Notes: generated by a model not told the origin, from the letters alone. Numbered from the stretch's first letter, positions 9,301 through 18,024 are shown. The stretch is 64,000 bases of DNA from an uncultured Gammaproteobacteria bacterium (GCA_964512625.1 CAZEKG010000001.1:217413-281412); one strand, 5' to 3'. Translations and numbers: made by a program.

Positions 9301-9428
9301 AGCTTTTTTAGGGAAAACTCCCTGATTTTTTTCTCTTTCGGAGATTGTTCTTCTTTAGCAGGAGTGATTTCCTGAGCTGTCTTCTCAAGCGAGAAAATCG
9401 ATTTTATTTTCGGGTTTTTTTCCGGCAT
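6363..9428 (-). CDS. DGR target protein: MoxR-like AAA+ ATPase with C-terminal variable (CLec/FGE-like) domain; no signal peptide
   Basis: Walker A VLEGQSGTGKTTLAKAV, Walker B/sensor VFIDEANKAEDIG (the DEaNrA pattern of MoxR/AAA_5), and a coiled-coil N-terminus. The C-terminus ...DGSVPDGIWFSDASQLVLDGDVVDAHSRSGFRFSVR is encoded by the VR. Confidence 0.8.
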   Translation of the reverse strand: MPEKNPKIKSIFSLEKTAQEITPAKEEQSPKEKKIREFSLKKLREKGPEAKAEALWSFWQSFKDSWLEYIKEKRESGDSQSLALMDIFDDENPLTQEFKSRLENARILSLLKEMYSDEETRLVYEQGMKKYAEQWASVNGNWPKYQELRNDEDIWEEEEAQLQKKRFEGLRQGREKGAVLEELAIASSAMAENKARQAELLAKNPDLAARAVFSELKELKEQLDGPDHFMWTKSRHKILEAIEDAVASANTLRMVVLEGQSGTGKTTLAKAVAQLFTGEAPIIKEADERMKVDRELLADKNLRGGTDYGPVLYGLTGKKTADQASPEHQGLAVFIDEANKAEDIGTLATLCDRLRSGEPTGYSTNGADPKDLVLSKAIVLGAQNPAGSRFRRTSYTPEIQRKMKMIPVEYFPQSAENPELFETFLVALMDDSNRIQANKAELGPIYNEKHKEENGKNITEEVLDGDPKAGGELWRLAQALSQAYENLYGRDNILSRGNPEALISGSVLTPGDIFLWLKEYRLLAREGKSLKSFLSEKLVEWLETAFTADDYLEDKDLYIKLFAEYGLIAGGGNAKLEPLAGPKISLDIITDKELAQLSPRVPRKAEIKDNTPAAPEYADEFIDYGGKKRVKVSLDKVAAPKGRYVSPDKAGEDLTFTFVGLIKECAKFPELKGKWLVESGKGDREIIDSLDELERLHGNYQFTVFNAKNPYHEAFKEAGIIDQANNPEQQDLEVDLQEILSKDRRAYQEVTFWLDRNMAGHLPENMEDFNLSEEDIELIGSRMELGEIPLFVPGRLAQIKGLKTAIEKLKPRFKKDGQEGQVADTYLWDYIDSLISFMEKIAGKPDMTIKEKDKLKAEIAPFLKAGEDPELLFQAVLSIPESPYISLITPSQSPEERTKNKALGAQKAEFEKIKQEFIDLNEGITLEMVNITSIAEYLILQNRFTDRVLEAKALNDLVPLDDYRRTGGTFSRFIDLPVASDGSVPDGIWFSDASQLVLDGDVVDAHSRSGFRFSVRIPRKI
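6381..6501 (-). repeat. DGR variable repeat (VR), 121 bp, covering the last ~40 codons of the target gene
   Basis: See TR. The VR ends 15 nt before the stop codon. A single non-A mismatch (TR C vs VR T) lies 5 nt from the 3' end, in an IMH-like position. Confidence 0.85.
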
Positions 9429-9530
9429 ATATGCTTAATTAATAATTGATGATTAACCGGCTAATTTTCAATACTGAAAAGCGGCCGATTTATAGACTAA
9501 TCATAGAGGAATAATAAACTAATATCAAGA

Positions 9531-11180
9531 TTATTGATTCAGCCGATTCTTCCCCGCCTCGACAAGCCCGGCAAAAAGCGGATGAGGCCGGAGAGGCCGA
9601 GACTTGAATTCCGGATGGAATTGAACGCCAACGAAAAATGGATGAACACCCTTAGGTAATTCGACGATCTCAACTAATTGCCCATCCGGCGAAGTCCCGG
9701 CGATAACCAAGCCGTTACTCTTCGCCATTTCCAGATAATCATTATTGAATTCATACCTATGGCGATGGCGCTCTATAATATTTTTATCTTTATAAAGACT
9801 AAAAGAAATCGACTCTTCGCTAAGAACGCAAGGATAAGCTCCTAAGCGCATCGTATTACCATATTGATTCTTCGCCAGCCTCTCTGCCTGCTCCGGCATG
9901 ATATGAATAACGGGATTAGTAGTCTCTTTATTTATTTCGGTCGTATTAGCATCTTCAAGACCGGCCGTATGGCGCATAAATTCAATCGTCGCCAATTGCA
10001 TACCGTAACAAAGCCCGAGATAAGGAATATTATTTTCCCGCGCGAACTTAATAGCCAAGATCTTCCCCTCTACTCCCCGCGAACCAAAGCCGCCAGGAAC
10101 GACTAAACAATGATAATTATTCAACTCACTTACTTTTTCCGGCTCCTTCTCATAGATATCTGAATTGATCCATTCGATTTCCGGCTGAACCGATTGATGC
10201 CAACAAGCGTATTTCAAGCTTTCAATGACTGAGATATAAGAATCAGAAAGAACGAAGTCCCCCGTTTCAAAATATTTTCCGATAATGCCTATTTTCAGTT
10301 TCGAACCTTGGTTTTTAGTTTTCTCAACAAACTCCCGCCACTGATTTCCATCCTTAAGCTTCGGCTCCAAGCCGAGATCAGCCAGGATCTTATCCGATAA
10401 GCCTTCTTTCTCAAAATTAACCGGAATATCATAAACGCTCTCTACATCGGGCGCAGAAATAATATGGTCTTTTTTAACATTACAAAATAAAGCCAACTTC
10501 TCCTTCCGAGGCTCATCGATCGGATGAGTCGAACGGCCAAGAATGAAATCAGGCTGAATACCGACATAGTTAAGCTCCCGTGAAGCCATTTGGGTTGGCT
10601 TCGTCTTCATCTCGCCGATTTTTGATGGTACAGGAAGATAACTAACAAGAACGAAAAGCACATCATTAGGCTCCCTAAGATGCATCATCCTAGCCGCTTC
10701 TAAGAATAAAGCGTTTTGATATTCGCCGACCGTTCCGCCGATTTCAATCAAGGTGATATCAGCCTCGGCTTTTTTCGAGGCCCGCTCAATCCTTTCCATG
10801 ATTTCATAAGGAATATGAGGAACCGCCTCGACGCATTTTCCGCCATACTCAAGATTGCGCTCCTTATTAATAACCGAAAGATAAACGCGTCCGGTTGTCA
10901 TATAATTATCGCGGAAAATATTAACATCGAGAAAACGTTCGTAATTGCCAATATCCTGATCAGTTTCATCGCCGTCTTCCGTGACAAAAACCTCCCCATG
11001 CTCGACCGGATTCATAGTCCCAGCATCAACATTAAGATAAGGATCTATTTTAACCGCCGTTACTTTAAAACCTCTTTCTTCAAGTAGCCGGCCAATCGAA
11101 GCGCAAGCAATTCCCTTGCCGACTCCTGACATAACCCCGCCGACGATAAAAATATATTTCTTTTTTTTCTCACCTTCCAT
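9531..11180 (-). CDS. pyrG: CTP synthase
   Basis: N-terminal KYIFIVGGVMSGVGKGI...; C-terminal glutamine amidotransferase domain; full length 549 aa. Confidence 0.95.
   Translation of the reverse strand: MEGEKKKKYIFIVGGVMSGVGKGIACASIGRLLEERGFKVTAVKIDPYLNVDAGTMNPVEHGEVFVTEDGDETDQDIGNYERFLDVNIFRDNYMTTGRVYLSVINKERNLEYGGKCVEAVPHIPYEIMERIERASKKAEADITLIEIGGTVGEYQNALFLEAARMMHLREPNDVLFVLVSYLPVPSKIGEMKTKPTQMASRELNYVGIQPDFILGRSTHPIDEPRKEKLALFCNVKKDHIISAPDVESVYDIPVNFEKEGLSDKILADLGLEPKLKDGNQWREFVEKTKNQGSKLKIGIIGKYFETGDFVLSDSYISVIESLKYACWHQSVQPEIEWINSDIYEKEPEKVSELNNYHCLVVPGGFGSRGVEGKILAIKFARENNIPYLGLCYGMQLATIEFMRHTAGLEDANTTEINKETTNPVIHIMPEQAERLAKNQYGNTMRLGAYPCVLSEESISFSLYKDKNIIERHRHRYEFNNDYLEMAKSNGLVIAGTSPDGQLVEIVELPKGVHPFFVGVQFHPEFKSRPLRPHPLFAGLVEAGKNRLNQ
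9553..9591 (+). repeat. 39-bp direct repeat, copy 2 (inside the pyrG 3' end; encodes RPHPLFAGLVEAG)
   Basis: Exact match to 905-943. Confidence 0.8.
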
Positions 11181-11289
11181 AAATATTTAAATTATTTTTT
11201 ATTTTTTGGGTTTTATTTCATAAACTTAAAAAGAAAAATAGAGGTAATAAGCCTCTATTCTCTTCTTAAAATCAATGTTTTATGATATT

Positions 11290-11733
11290 TCATAATTCTT
11301 CCACTGTTAACATGAACTCCGTGTCAAGACTATGATCAAGGGAAGCAGTAATCATAAAATCACCAGATTCCTTTACCGGCTCCTTAAAAATAATCTTGTC
11401 TTTAGATATTTCGATGCCTTTTTCCTTTAACTTGCTAACTACCTGGCTCGCGGTTATAGCGGCATAAAGCTTGCCGGAATCATTAGCCTTCGCTTTAATA
11501 ATAATTGACAATCCCCTTAGCTTCTCCGCCAGTTTTTGAGTCGCTTTTAAATCCTTAACCGCTTTAAGCCTTAAAATTTCCTCCTCTTTCTTTTGGGAAT
11601 TGACCGTATTTTCATTAGCAATAACTCCGAGCTTTTGAGGCAAGATAAAATTCCTAGCGAAACCTTCCGCCACTTCTTTTATTTCACCTTTTTGCCCTAC
11701 TCCTTTAATTGCTTTTAATAATAGGATTTTCAT
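11290..11733 (-). CDS. rplI: 50S ribosomal protein L9
   Basis: MKILLLKAIKGVGQKGEIKEVAEGFARNFILP... matches the L9 N-terminal domain. Confidence 0.9.
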   Translation of the reverse strand: MKILLLKAIKGVGQKGEIKEVAEGFARNFILPQKLGVIANENTVNSQKKEEEILRLKAVKDLKATQKLAEKLRGLSIIIKAKANDSGKLYAAITASQVVSKLKEKGIEISKDKIIFKEPVKESGDFMITASLDHSLDTEFMLTVEEL

Positions 11734-11800
11734 AATCGCTTAATTTTACAATTTCATTTTATCACCCTCCTAAATACCTTGGCAATACTCTTATCGAATT

Positions 11801-13075
11801 CTATCTTAATAATTCTAAAGCCTTATCCATTTGGGGATCGCGGTCCTTATTAAAGTCTTCCTCAGTCAATTTAACCTCCAAATCAGGACTGATTCCCTGC
11901 TCATCGATCGATCGTCCTTTTGGTGTAAACCATTTCGCGATCGTCAACTTAAGGCTTGAGCCGTCAGGCAAGCTTTCCAATTCCTGGACTGAGCCCTTGC
12001 CGAAAGATTTTTCTCCGACGATCTTCGCCAAGGCGTAATCCTGAAGAGCGCCAGCAACAATTTCCGAGGCTGAAGCGCTGCCACCATTGATTAAAACTAT
12101 TGTTTGATAGCCATTAAGCCTGGTAGCGGTCGTCGGCGCATGAGCGATCTCGCTGCCGTCTCTTAATCTTTCCTTAACAACCGGCTGACCAGCAACCCAC
12201 TCGCCGGAAATATCGATCGCCGACTCAAGATAACCTCCCGGATTATTCCTTAAATCAAAAACTAATTTTTTAACGCCTCTTGATCTCATCTCATTTATCG
12301 CTTGATCGACTAAAGGATAAGTATCGTCGTTGAATTGGCGGACTTTAACGATTGCCACATCGCCCTTGAATTCCCAACTAACGCTTTTAACATTAATTGC
12401 ATCCCTGACGATCTCAAAATCTTTCGGCTGAGTAAAGCCATCCCTAAAAATAGATAAAATGACTTTCGTCCCTTTTTGTCCGCGAATTAGCTTAACCGCC
12501 GCATCTGTACTCATACCTTCAGTACTAGTACCGTTTATCTTGACGATAATATCTTTCGGCTTTAGGCCTGCTTTAATAGCCGGCGTATCAGGTAGCGGGG
12601 AAACAATAACCAAAACTCCCGCCTTAGAAGAAATCTCGGCGCCAATACCTTCGAAATTTCCTTTTAAATCTTCCTGGAATTGAGCGGAATCAGTCGGCGT
12701 CATAAAAACCGAATAAGGGTCATTTAATGAAGCGACGATTCCGGAAACCGCGCCGTAAAATAATTGGGTATCTGGAACATTCTTATCGTAATACTTATCC
12801 TGGACTAATTTCCAGACTTGCCAAAATAGATCAAAATTAGCGTCCTTAACTAAATACTCGGGCACTTTGCCGTCTTGCTTGATAACACTACTAGAAGAAC
12901 TGGCGACAGACGGATCAGCACCCTTAATAACCTCTTGGCCTCCGGTCGAACCGAAAACATCCGCCTGACCTCCGGCGTAAACCCCGGCCGTAAACGATAG
13001 TAAAATAGCCATAGTTGCCAGCCAAACGCTGACCCGGCTTTTAATTATTCTTTGCTTTAATGATTGGAAATCCAT
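11801..13075 (-). CDS. carboxy-terminal processing protease (S41 family, PDZ domain), secreted
   Basis: N-terminal signal anchor, PDZ region, S41 core (...GGSASASEIVAGALQD...). Confidence 0.85.
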   Translation of the reverse strand: MDFQSLKQRIIKSRVSVWLATMAILLSFTAGVYAGGQADVFGSTGGQEVIKGADPSVASSSSSVIKQDGKVPEYLVKDANFDLFWQVWKLVQDKYYDKNVPDTQLFYGAVSGIVASLNDPYSVFMTPTDSAQFQEDLKGNFEGIGAEISSKAGVLVIVSPLPDTPAIKAGLKPKDIIVKINGTSTEGMSTDAAVKLIRGQKGTKVILSIFRDGFTQPKDFEIVRDAINVKSVSWEFKGDVAIVKVRQFNDDTYPLVDQAINEMRSRGVKKLVFDLRNNPGGYLESAIDISGEWVAGQPVVKERLRDGSEIAHAPTTATRLNGYQTIVLINGGSASASEIVAGALQDYALAKIVGEKSFGKGSVQELESLPDGSSLKLTIAKWFTPKGRSIDEQGISPDLEVKLTEEDFNKDRDPQMDKALELLR

Positions 13076-13250
13076 ATTGCGTATTTATAATGTTTAATCA
13101 CAAATATAATAATACCATTTGCTTAAAAACTTCACAAACATTAAAAAGGCTGGACTATATTGGAGGATAATAAGGCTTGATTGTCAAGGTGAAAAATATT
13201 TTAAAAAATGTTATGATATTAAGTACTCAATCATGACAATAATCCAAGAT

Positions 13251-14513
13251 ATGGAAAAATATTTAATCCAGGGAGGACATAAACTCAGTGGCGAAATAAA
13301 AGTGGCCGGCGCGAAAAACGCCGCCTTAAAAATCCTCGCCGCCTGCGTCCTTTCAAAAAAGCCCTGCCTTATAACCAATGTGCCGGAAATAGAAGATTTA
13401 AAAAGAATGGTAGAAATACTCGAGGACCTGGGAGCAGAAGTCGATTGGTCTGGATCCAATATTTCCGTTAAAACTGAAAATATCAAAAAAAGTAATCCGA
13501 ATCCTGACCTAGTCAGGAAGCTTAGATCTTCAATCATGTTCGCCGGTCCCCTTTTAGCTCGCTTCGGAGAAGTAACTATGGCTCATCCGGGAGGCTGTAT
13601 AATCGGCAAGCGTCCTATCGATTTATTTCTTTCGGGCTTTAAAGCTATGGGAGCGCAGATTTTCGATCACCATGAAGAAGGCTTTTATACCCTTAAAGCT
13701 AAGAAGCTTAAAGGCGCAAAAATAGTCTTTCCTTGGGTAGCCGTAACGGCTACGGAAAGCTTAATGATGACCGCTTGTTTAGCTGAAGGGACAACAACCC
13801 TAATAAACGCAGCTATGGAACCGGAAATACCAGCCTTAGCTGATTACTTAAACTCTTGTGGCGCTAAGATCTCCGGCGCCGGCACCCCGATCATTACGAT
13901 CGAAGGCGTTAAGGAGCTTAACGGCGGAACTTATAACCTTATCCCTGACCGGATTGAAGCCGGATCATTCATTATCCTTGGACTTATTACCAATAGCCGA
14001 ATAAAAATCATGAACTGTAATCCGGCTAATTTGGAAACGGAATTGTTCATACTGAAAAAAGCTGGCGCAGAATTGGAAATCGGAGCTGATTATGTCATTA
14101 CCAAACCTTCCAAGTTTAGGGGCATTGAAATTAGGACTCATGAATATCCCGGCTTTGCAACCGACTTACAAGCGCCTTTTACAGTTTTAATGACTCAAGC
14201 CGAAGGCCAAAGCCTAATTCACGAAAATATTTACGACGGACGACTTTATTATACGGATAAACTAATCCAAATGGGCGCTAATATCATCATGTGCGATCCT
14301 CATCGCGTCGTCGTCAACGGCCCGACAAATCTTTATGGACGAAAACTGGAAAGCCCGGATCTTCGAGCCGGCATGGCCCTCATCCTAGCCGGCTTATGCG
14401 CCGAAGGAAAAACCATTATCGAAAATATTTATCAAATCGAGCGCGGTTATGAAAATATTATCGAGCGATTAAGAAAAATCGGCGCCAACATAGAAAAAGT
14501 CAACGATTGTTAA
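13251..14513 (+). CDS. murA: UDP-N-acetylglucosamine 1-carboxyvinyltransferase
   Basis: KLSGEIKVAGAKNAALKILAACVLS... Versus the ORF-track start at 13119, the MurA-like N-terminus begins at the Met at 13251 (MEKYLIQGG). Confidence 0.85.
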   Translation: MEKYLIQGGHKLSGEIKVAGAKNAALKILAACVLSKKPCLITNVPEIEDLKRMVEILEDLGAEVDWSGSNISVKTENIKKSNPNPDLVRKLRSSIMFAGPLLARFGEVTMAHPGGCIIGKRPIDLFLSGFKAMGAQIFDHHEEGFYTLKAKKLKGAKIVFPWVAVTATESLMMTACLAEGTTTLINAAMEPEIPALADYLNSCGAKISGAGTPIITIEGVKELNGGTYNLIPDRIEAGSFIILGLITNSRIKIMNCNPANLETELFILKKAGAELEIGADYVITKPSKFRGIEIRTHEYPGFATDLQAPFTVLMTQAEGQSLIHENIYDGRLYYTDKLIQMGANIIMCDPHRVVVNGPTNLYGRKLESPDLRAGMALILAGLCAEGKTIIENIYQIERGYENIIERLRKIGANIEKVNDC

Positions 14514-14520
14514 TTAAAAC

Positions 14521-15900
14521 ATGAATAATTTCAATAAAACCAGCCTGCCTAAAAGCGGTAATCCGGGAATAGCCTATCGGCGTTTTATCTATTCCATCTT
14601 TATCATTCTTTTTTTCGCCATCACCCCCTTAGTCGTCCTTTATACCGAGGGCTATCGTTATAATTTCCAAAAAGGCCGCGTTCAAAAAACCGGCATTTTG
14701 ATTATCAGCTCAACGCCTAAGAAAGCGGATATCTATTTAAACGGCCAAAAGGCTGACGACTATTCAACCCCGGCTAAGATCGAGAAAGTCCTGCCGGCTG
14801 ATTATGAAATAAGATTATCTAAAGAGGGCTATCATGATTGGCAAAAAAGGCTGACCGTCAACGAAAACCAAACGACTTTCGCGGAAAAGATAATCCTTTG
14901 GAAAATGAATTGGCCAGTTTCCGTCTCCTTAAAAAAAGCGGAAAGCCTCTTAACTTCTCCCGATAAAAGCCGAGCTATTTATATCGATAGTAACAAGGCT
15001 GTCCAGCTTTTCGATTTTAATGATGGGAAATTTTATCAGATCGACGACTTAAAAGAATATCAAAACGTCAAAATCGTTTCCTGGTCAGCTAGCAGCCGTA
15101 AATTCCTAATCAAAGGAGAAAAAAACGCCAACACCTCCTACTTCGTTTATACTTACAATAATTATGACCTAAACACCGGGGCGGAAAAATTCACTCTCCC
15201 TGGCAAAGGAATCATATCGGTCAAATGGGATAAGAATAGTGATAACAAGCTTTTTACGGAGGACGGCTCTTCTCTTTGGTCGATAGATTTAATGAGTAAG
15301 AAGCCGACTTTGATCGGCAAGATAAAAAATTGGCGCGATTTCATCCCAGTTGATAACATTATTTATTACTTATCAGAAAATTATCTTTATAAACAATCAG
15401 CTGACTTAAAGAAAGAAGCGGAAAAAATCGCCGAGATAAACTGCCCTAATTGCCTTATTGCCGGCTACAAATCTAATTATCTTATTCTCCTCAATAAAGA
15501 AAATCAATCGGCTAATTTAATCGATCTATCAGGGCAAAAAAAGATTCTCTCCCTCAACGCTAAAGGCTTCGATTGGCTAAATGATCAAACCCTGCTTTAT
15601 TACAATGATTGGGAAATATATGTTTATCACCTAGGCTTGGAAAACAGCGACCTTATCACCCGTCCAGGACAAAAAATAAACTCTGCTGTTTGGCATCCTG
15701 AGGGCAAGCATATTTTTTTCGCGACCGAAGACAAGATAAGAGTCATTGAATTAGATAATCGCGAACTGCGAAATACCGTCGAAATGTCTTCGGGAATTAT
15801 CAGTGACTATTTGAATTTTGATCAAAAAGGCAGAAACCTCTTTTTCTCAGGAGAGGGAGAAAACGCCCTGCCGGGCATCTATAAGCTTAATGTGCAATAA
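14521..15900 (+). CDS. membrane-anchored PEGA-domain + beta-propeller-like protein
   Basis: N-terminal TM segment. PEGA-like ISSTPKKADIYLNGQ...YEIRLSKEGYHDWQ. C-terminal repetitive beta-rich region. Confidence 0.5.
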   Translation: MNNFNKTSLPKSGNPGIAYRRFIYSIFIILFFAITPLVVLYTEGYRYNFQKGRVQKTGILIISSTPKKADIYLNGQKADDYSTPAKIEKVLPADYEIRLSKEGYHDWQKRLTVNENQTTFAEKIILWKMNWPVSVSLKKAESLLTSPDKSRAIYIDSNKAVQLFDFNDGKFYQIDDLKEYQNVKIVSWSASSRKFLIKGEKNANTSYFVYTYNNYDLNTGAEKFTLPGKGIISVKWDKNSDNKLFTEDGSSLWSIDLMSKKPTLIGKIKNWRDFIPVDNIIYYLSENYLYKQSADLKKEAEKIAEINCPNCLIAGYKSNYLILLNKENQSANLIDLSGQKKILSLNAKGFDWLNDQTLLYYNDWEIYVYHLGLENSDLITRPGQKINSAVWHPEGKHIFFATEDKIRVIELDNRELRNTVEMSSGIISDYLNFDQKGRNLFFSGEGENALPGIYKLNVQ

Positions 15901-15932
15901 AAAAACGGCTCGTCGACTGAGCCGTTTTTTTA
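15901..15932. terminator. bidirectional rho-independent terminator between convergent genes
   Basis: aaaaa + cggctcgtcgactgagccg + ttttttt. Confidence 0.7.
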
Positions 15933-15939
15933 TTTAAGT

Positions 15940-18021
15940 TTAATATTGCCAAACGAGATTACTGCCAAACGCCTTCGGTTCGCCTAAAAGATTATTCAAT
16001 TCAAGGATCGCTTGGGGCTTAGCCTTATCAGCTTCGATGACTATATACAACTTAGCGGCTTTAGCCGTTTTTAACGCCTCGCTCAAAAGTTCCTTGGATG
16101 GCTTGCTTAAAATGGAATTATAGAAACCAACCCTTTCCGGCTGTTGGTAATTATAAGCGACCGGAAAATTGCCAAGAACTATCTCTTTGGCCGAATAAGC
16201 TTCTAAAGCTAAAAGCGGCCAAGTATTAGCTAAGACCGCCGAACCTTTCGGGTCTTGTTTCGCCTGATCGAAGACATAAGCCATGGCTCGAGACTCGTCA
16301 GCAGTTACCATAGCATTCATAATCGGACCAGTCGCAAAAATGTAAGTAGAAATCAAAGCCAGGATAAAAGACGAACTGATTAATAAATATTTTTTCCTTA
16401 TCTCTGGAAAATTGGAAACAATAATCATAACTAGAAAGACAACTAAGAAAACATTCAATCTTCTTGATAGATGATTTATGCCTTGGATAAAAAAGCCGGA
16501 TAAAAAGTAATCAAGAATCAGGATAACAGCTATGAAAGCCAAAAGTCGATCCGCTTGCCTCTTCGAATTTAAAGATTTTAATAGCGAGTAGCCTAAGAAA
16601 AAGATAAATAAAATTAGAATCGCCTTAGATAATATATGCTCTCCCTTAAAATCGAAAGGCATGAAATTACCGAACTCGAAAAACAGCCAATCACCTTTAG
16701 AAATAAGTTTTTCAAACATCTCCAAGCTCGGCAAGTTAAGATTGAGAGAGCTACTGAAACTAAAAAGCTCGACTAAAAATAAAGGAATAATCATAAGGAT
16801 CGAAAACCAGCCTCTTTTATTTTTTTTCGACAGCCAATAAACCAATCCGAGCAAGAGAGCTAAAAGAAAAGCTAAGGAATAGCCGAAATACATCATAACG
16901 GAAAAGAATAATATGAGCCAGCCCCGGCGTCTAGTCGGGTTATTAAGATATCCAGACCAAAGCAAGATTAAACTTAGTAGGCTAAGGACTCCGAAACCGG
17001 CTGGCAAAGTCTGGGCGCCGTAATATTGCAATAAATAAAAACTGTTGCTTAGAGCTGAAAGCAATAAAGCCTTGCCGTTGTCCTTAAAAAGATTAAGCCC
17101 GATAAGATAAAAAAGGAGCGGCGCAAAAATAGACCAGACTCCGAAAATAAAATATTTATTGATCACCTCAAAAGTCCAACCGGTCAATCGATGGATTAAA
17201 ACCGCCCAAGACCACTCAAAGCCGTAAGACAGTTTAGTTTCGGAAATTAAAACCGTAGGAACGCTAAGAGGGCCGATCTTAGACAACCAAAGATTAGGAG
17301 TCAGTAAAGTCGGCTGATATTCCATTTCCTTATCGACTCGTATCTCCGAGCCGATATGGCGCCAAGAGTCCCCGCCGAAGCCGTTGCTATAAACTAATAA
17401 ATAGCCATGAATAGCTAAACTGGCTAAAACTATCAAGACTAGAGCCTTATTATCTTTCTTAAAAGAGAAGATAAAAGAGATAAATAAGATAAGCGCCACT
17501 AAGATTAAATAAGGCCAAAACAAAACCTGCCAAGGAGAAACAATATAGCGCTCCGTAACCGCCGAAAAGATAAAATAATAAGCCGCTAAAGCCAGGATTG
17601 AAGCTAAACCGATAACCCAATAAGCCGCGCGGCCGCTCTTACTAAAAAATATTTTTTCCTCAACCGCCTTAGACTTTTTAAAATAAGCATCAAAGAAATA
17701 AACCTCTAAGCCGGTAAGAGCCATCGCCGAAACTAAAGAAAGATCACTAAGCTTGAACCAAGAAGTGAATATATTAGCAATATAGCCGAATAATAAAAAA
17801 TTAAAAAATATGACTGTCGGCCATTTAAGGTTTTCAGGCAAATAAAAAGCTTTAACTAAGAATCGCGACATTATTCCAGCTGTAATTAAAAACCAAACAA
17901 TGAAAATAAAGCTCTTAAGCCAAAACCAGCCGACTAAGCCAAAAGCAAAATACTCGGACGCCGAGAGGGCCAGTCCGAGAAGAGTTAAATGAAAAGAATT
18001 TATTTTTTTTAGATCAAGCAT
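15940..18021 (-). CDS. large polytopic integral membrane protein (possible GT-C-type glycosyltransferase) with C-terminal extracytoplasmic domain
   Basis: More than 12 predicted hydrophobic helices; I recognise no catalytic motif. Confidence 0.5.
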   Translation of the reverse strand: MLDLKKINSFHLTLLGLALSASEYFAFGLVGWFWLKSFIFIVWFLITAGIMSRFLVKAFYLPENLKWPTVIFFNFLLFGYIANIFTSWFKLSDLSLVSAMALTGLEVYFFDAYFKKSKAVEEKIFFSKSGRAAYWVIGLASILALAAYYFIFSAVTERYIVSPWQVLFWPYLILVALILFISFIFSFKKDNKALVLIVLASLAIHGYLLVYSNGFGGDSWRHIGSEIRVDKEMEYQPTLLTPNLWLSKIGPLSVPTVLISETKLSYGFEWSWAVLIHRLTGWTFEVINKYFIFGVWSIFAPLLFYLIGLNLFKDNGKALLLSALSNSFYLLQYYGAQTLPAGFGVLSLLSLILLWSGYLNNPTRRRGWLILFFSVMMYFGYSLAFLLALLLGLVYWLSKKNKRGWFSILMIIPLFLVELFSFSSSLNLNLPSLEMFEKLISKGDWLFFEFGNFMPFDFKGEHILSKAILILFIFFLGYSLLKSLNSKRQADRLLAFIAVILILDYFLSGFFIQGINHLSRRLNVFLVVFLVMIIVSNFPEIRKKYLLISSSFILALISTYIFATGPIMNAMVTADESRAMAYVFDQAKQDPKGSAVLANTWPLLALEAYSAKEIVLGNFPVAYNYQQPERVGFYNSILSKPSKELLSEALKTAKAAKLYIVIEADKAKPQAILELNNLLGEPKAFGSNLVWQY

Positions 18022-18024
18022 AAA

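Larger units (their letters stand above)
944..9552 (-). mobile_element. putative integrated genomic island (DGR + TA + vWA/transglutaminase) bounded by 39-bp direct repeats at the pyrG 3' end; no integrase seen
   Basis: All six genes between the repeats are co-directional on the minus strand. One repeat copy reconstitutes the pyrG C-terminus, an arrangement resembling an attL/attR pair. Confidence 0.35.

Noticed and set aside
944-9552. Calling the repeat-bounded block a bona fide integrative mobile element or prophage
   Set aside because: No integrase, recombinase, transposase or phage structural gene is present. Only the direct repeats and accessory gene content support mobility, so it is reported as a putative island at low confidence.
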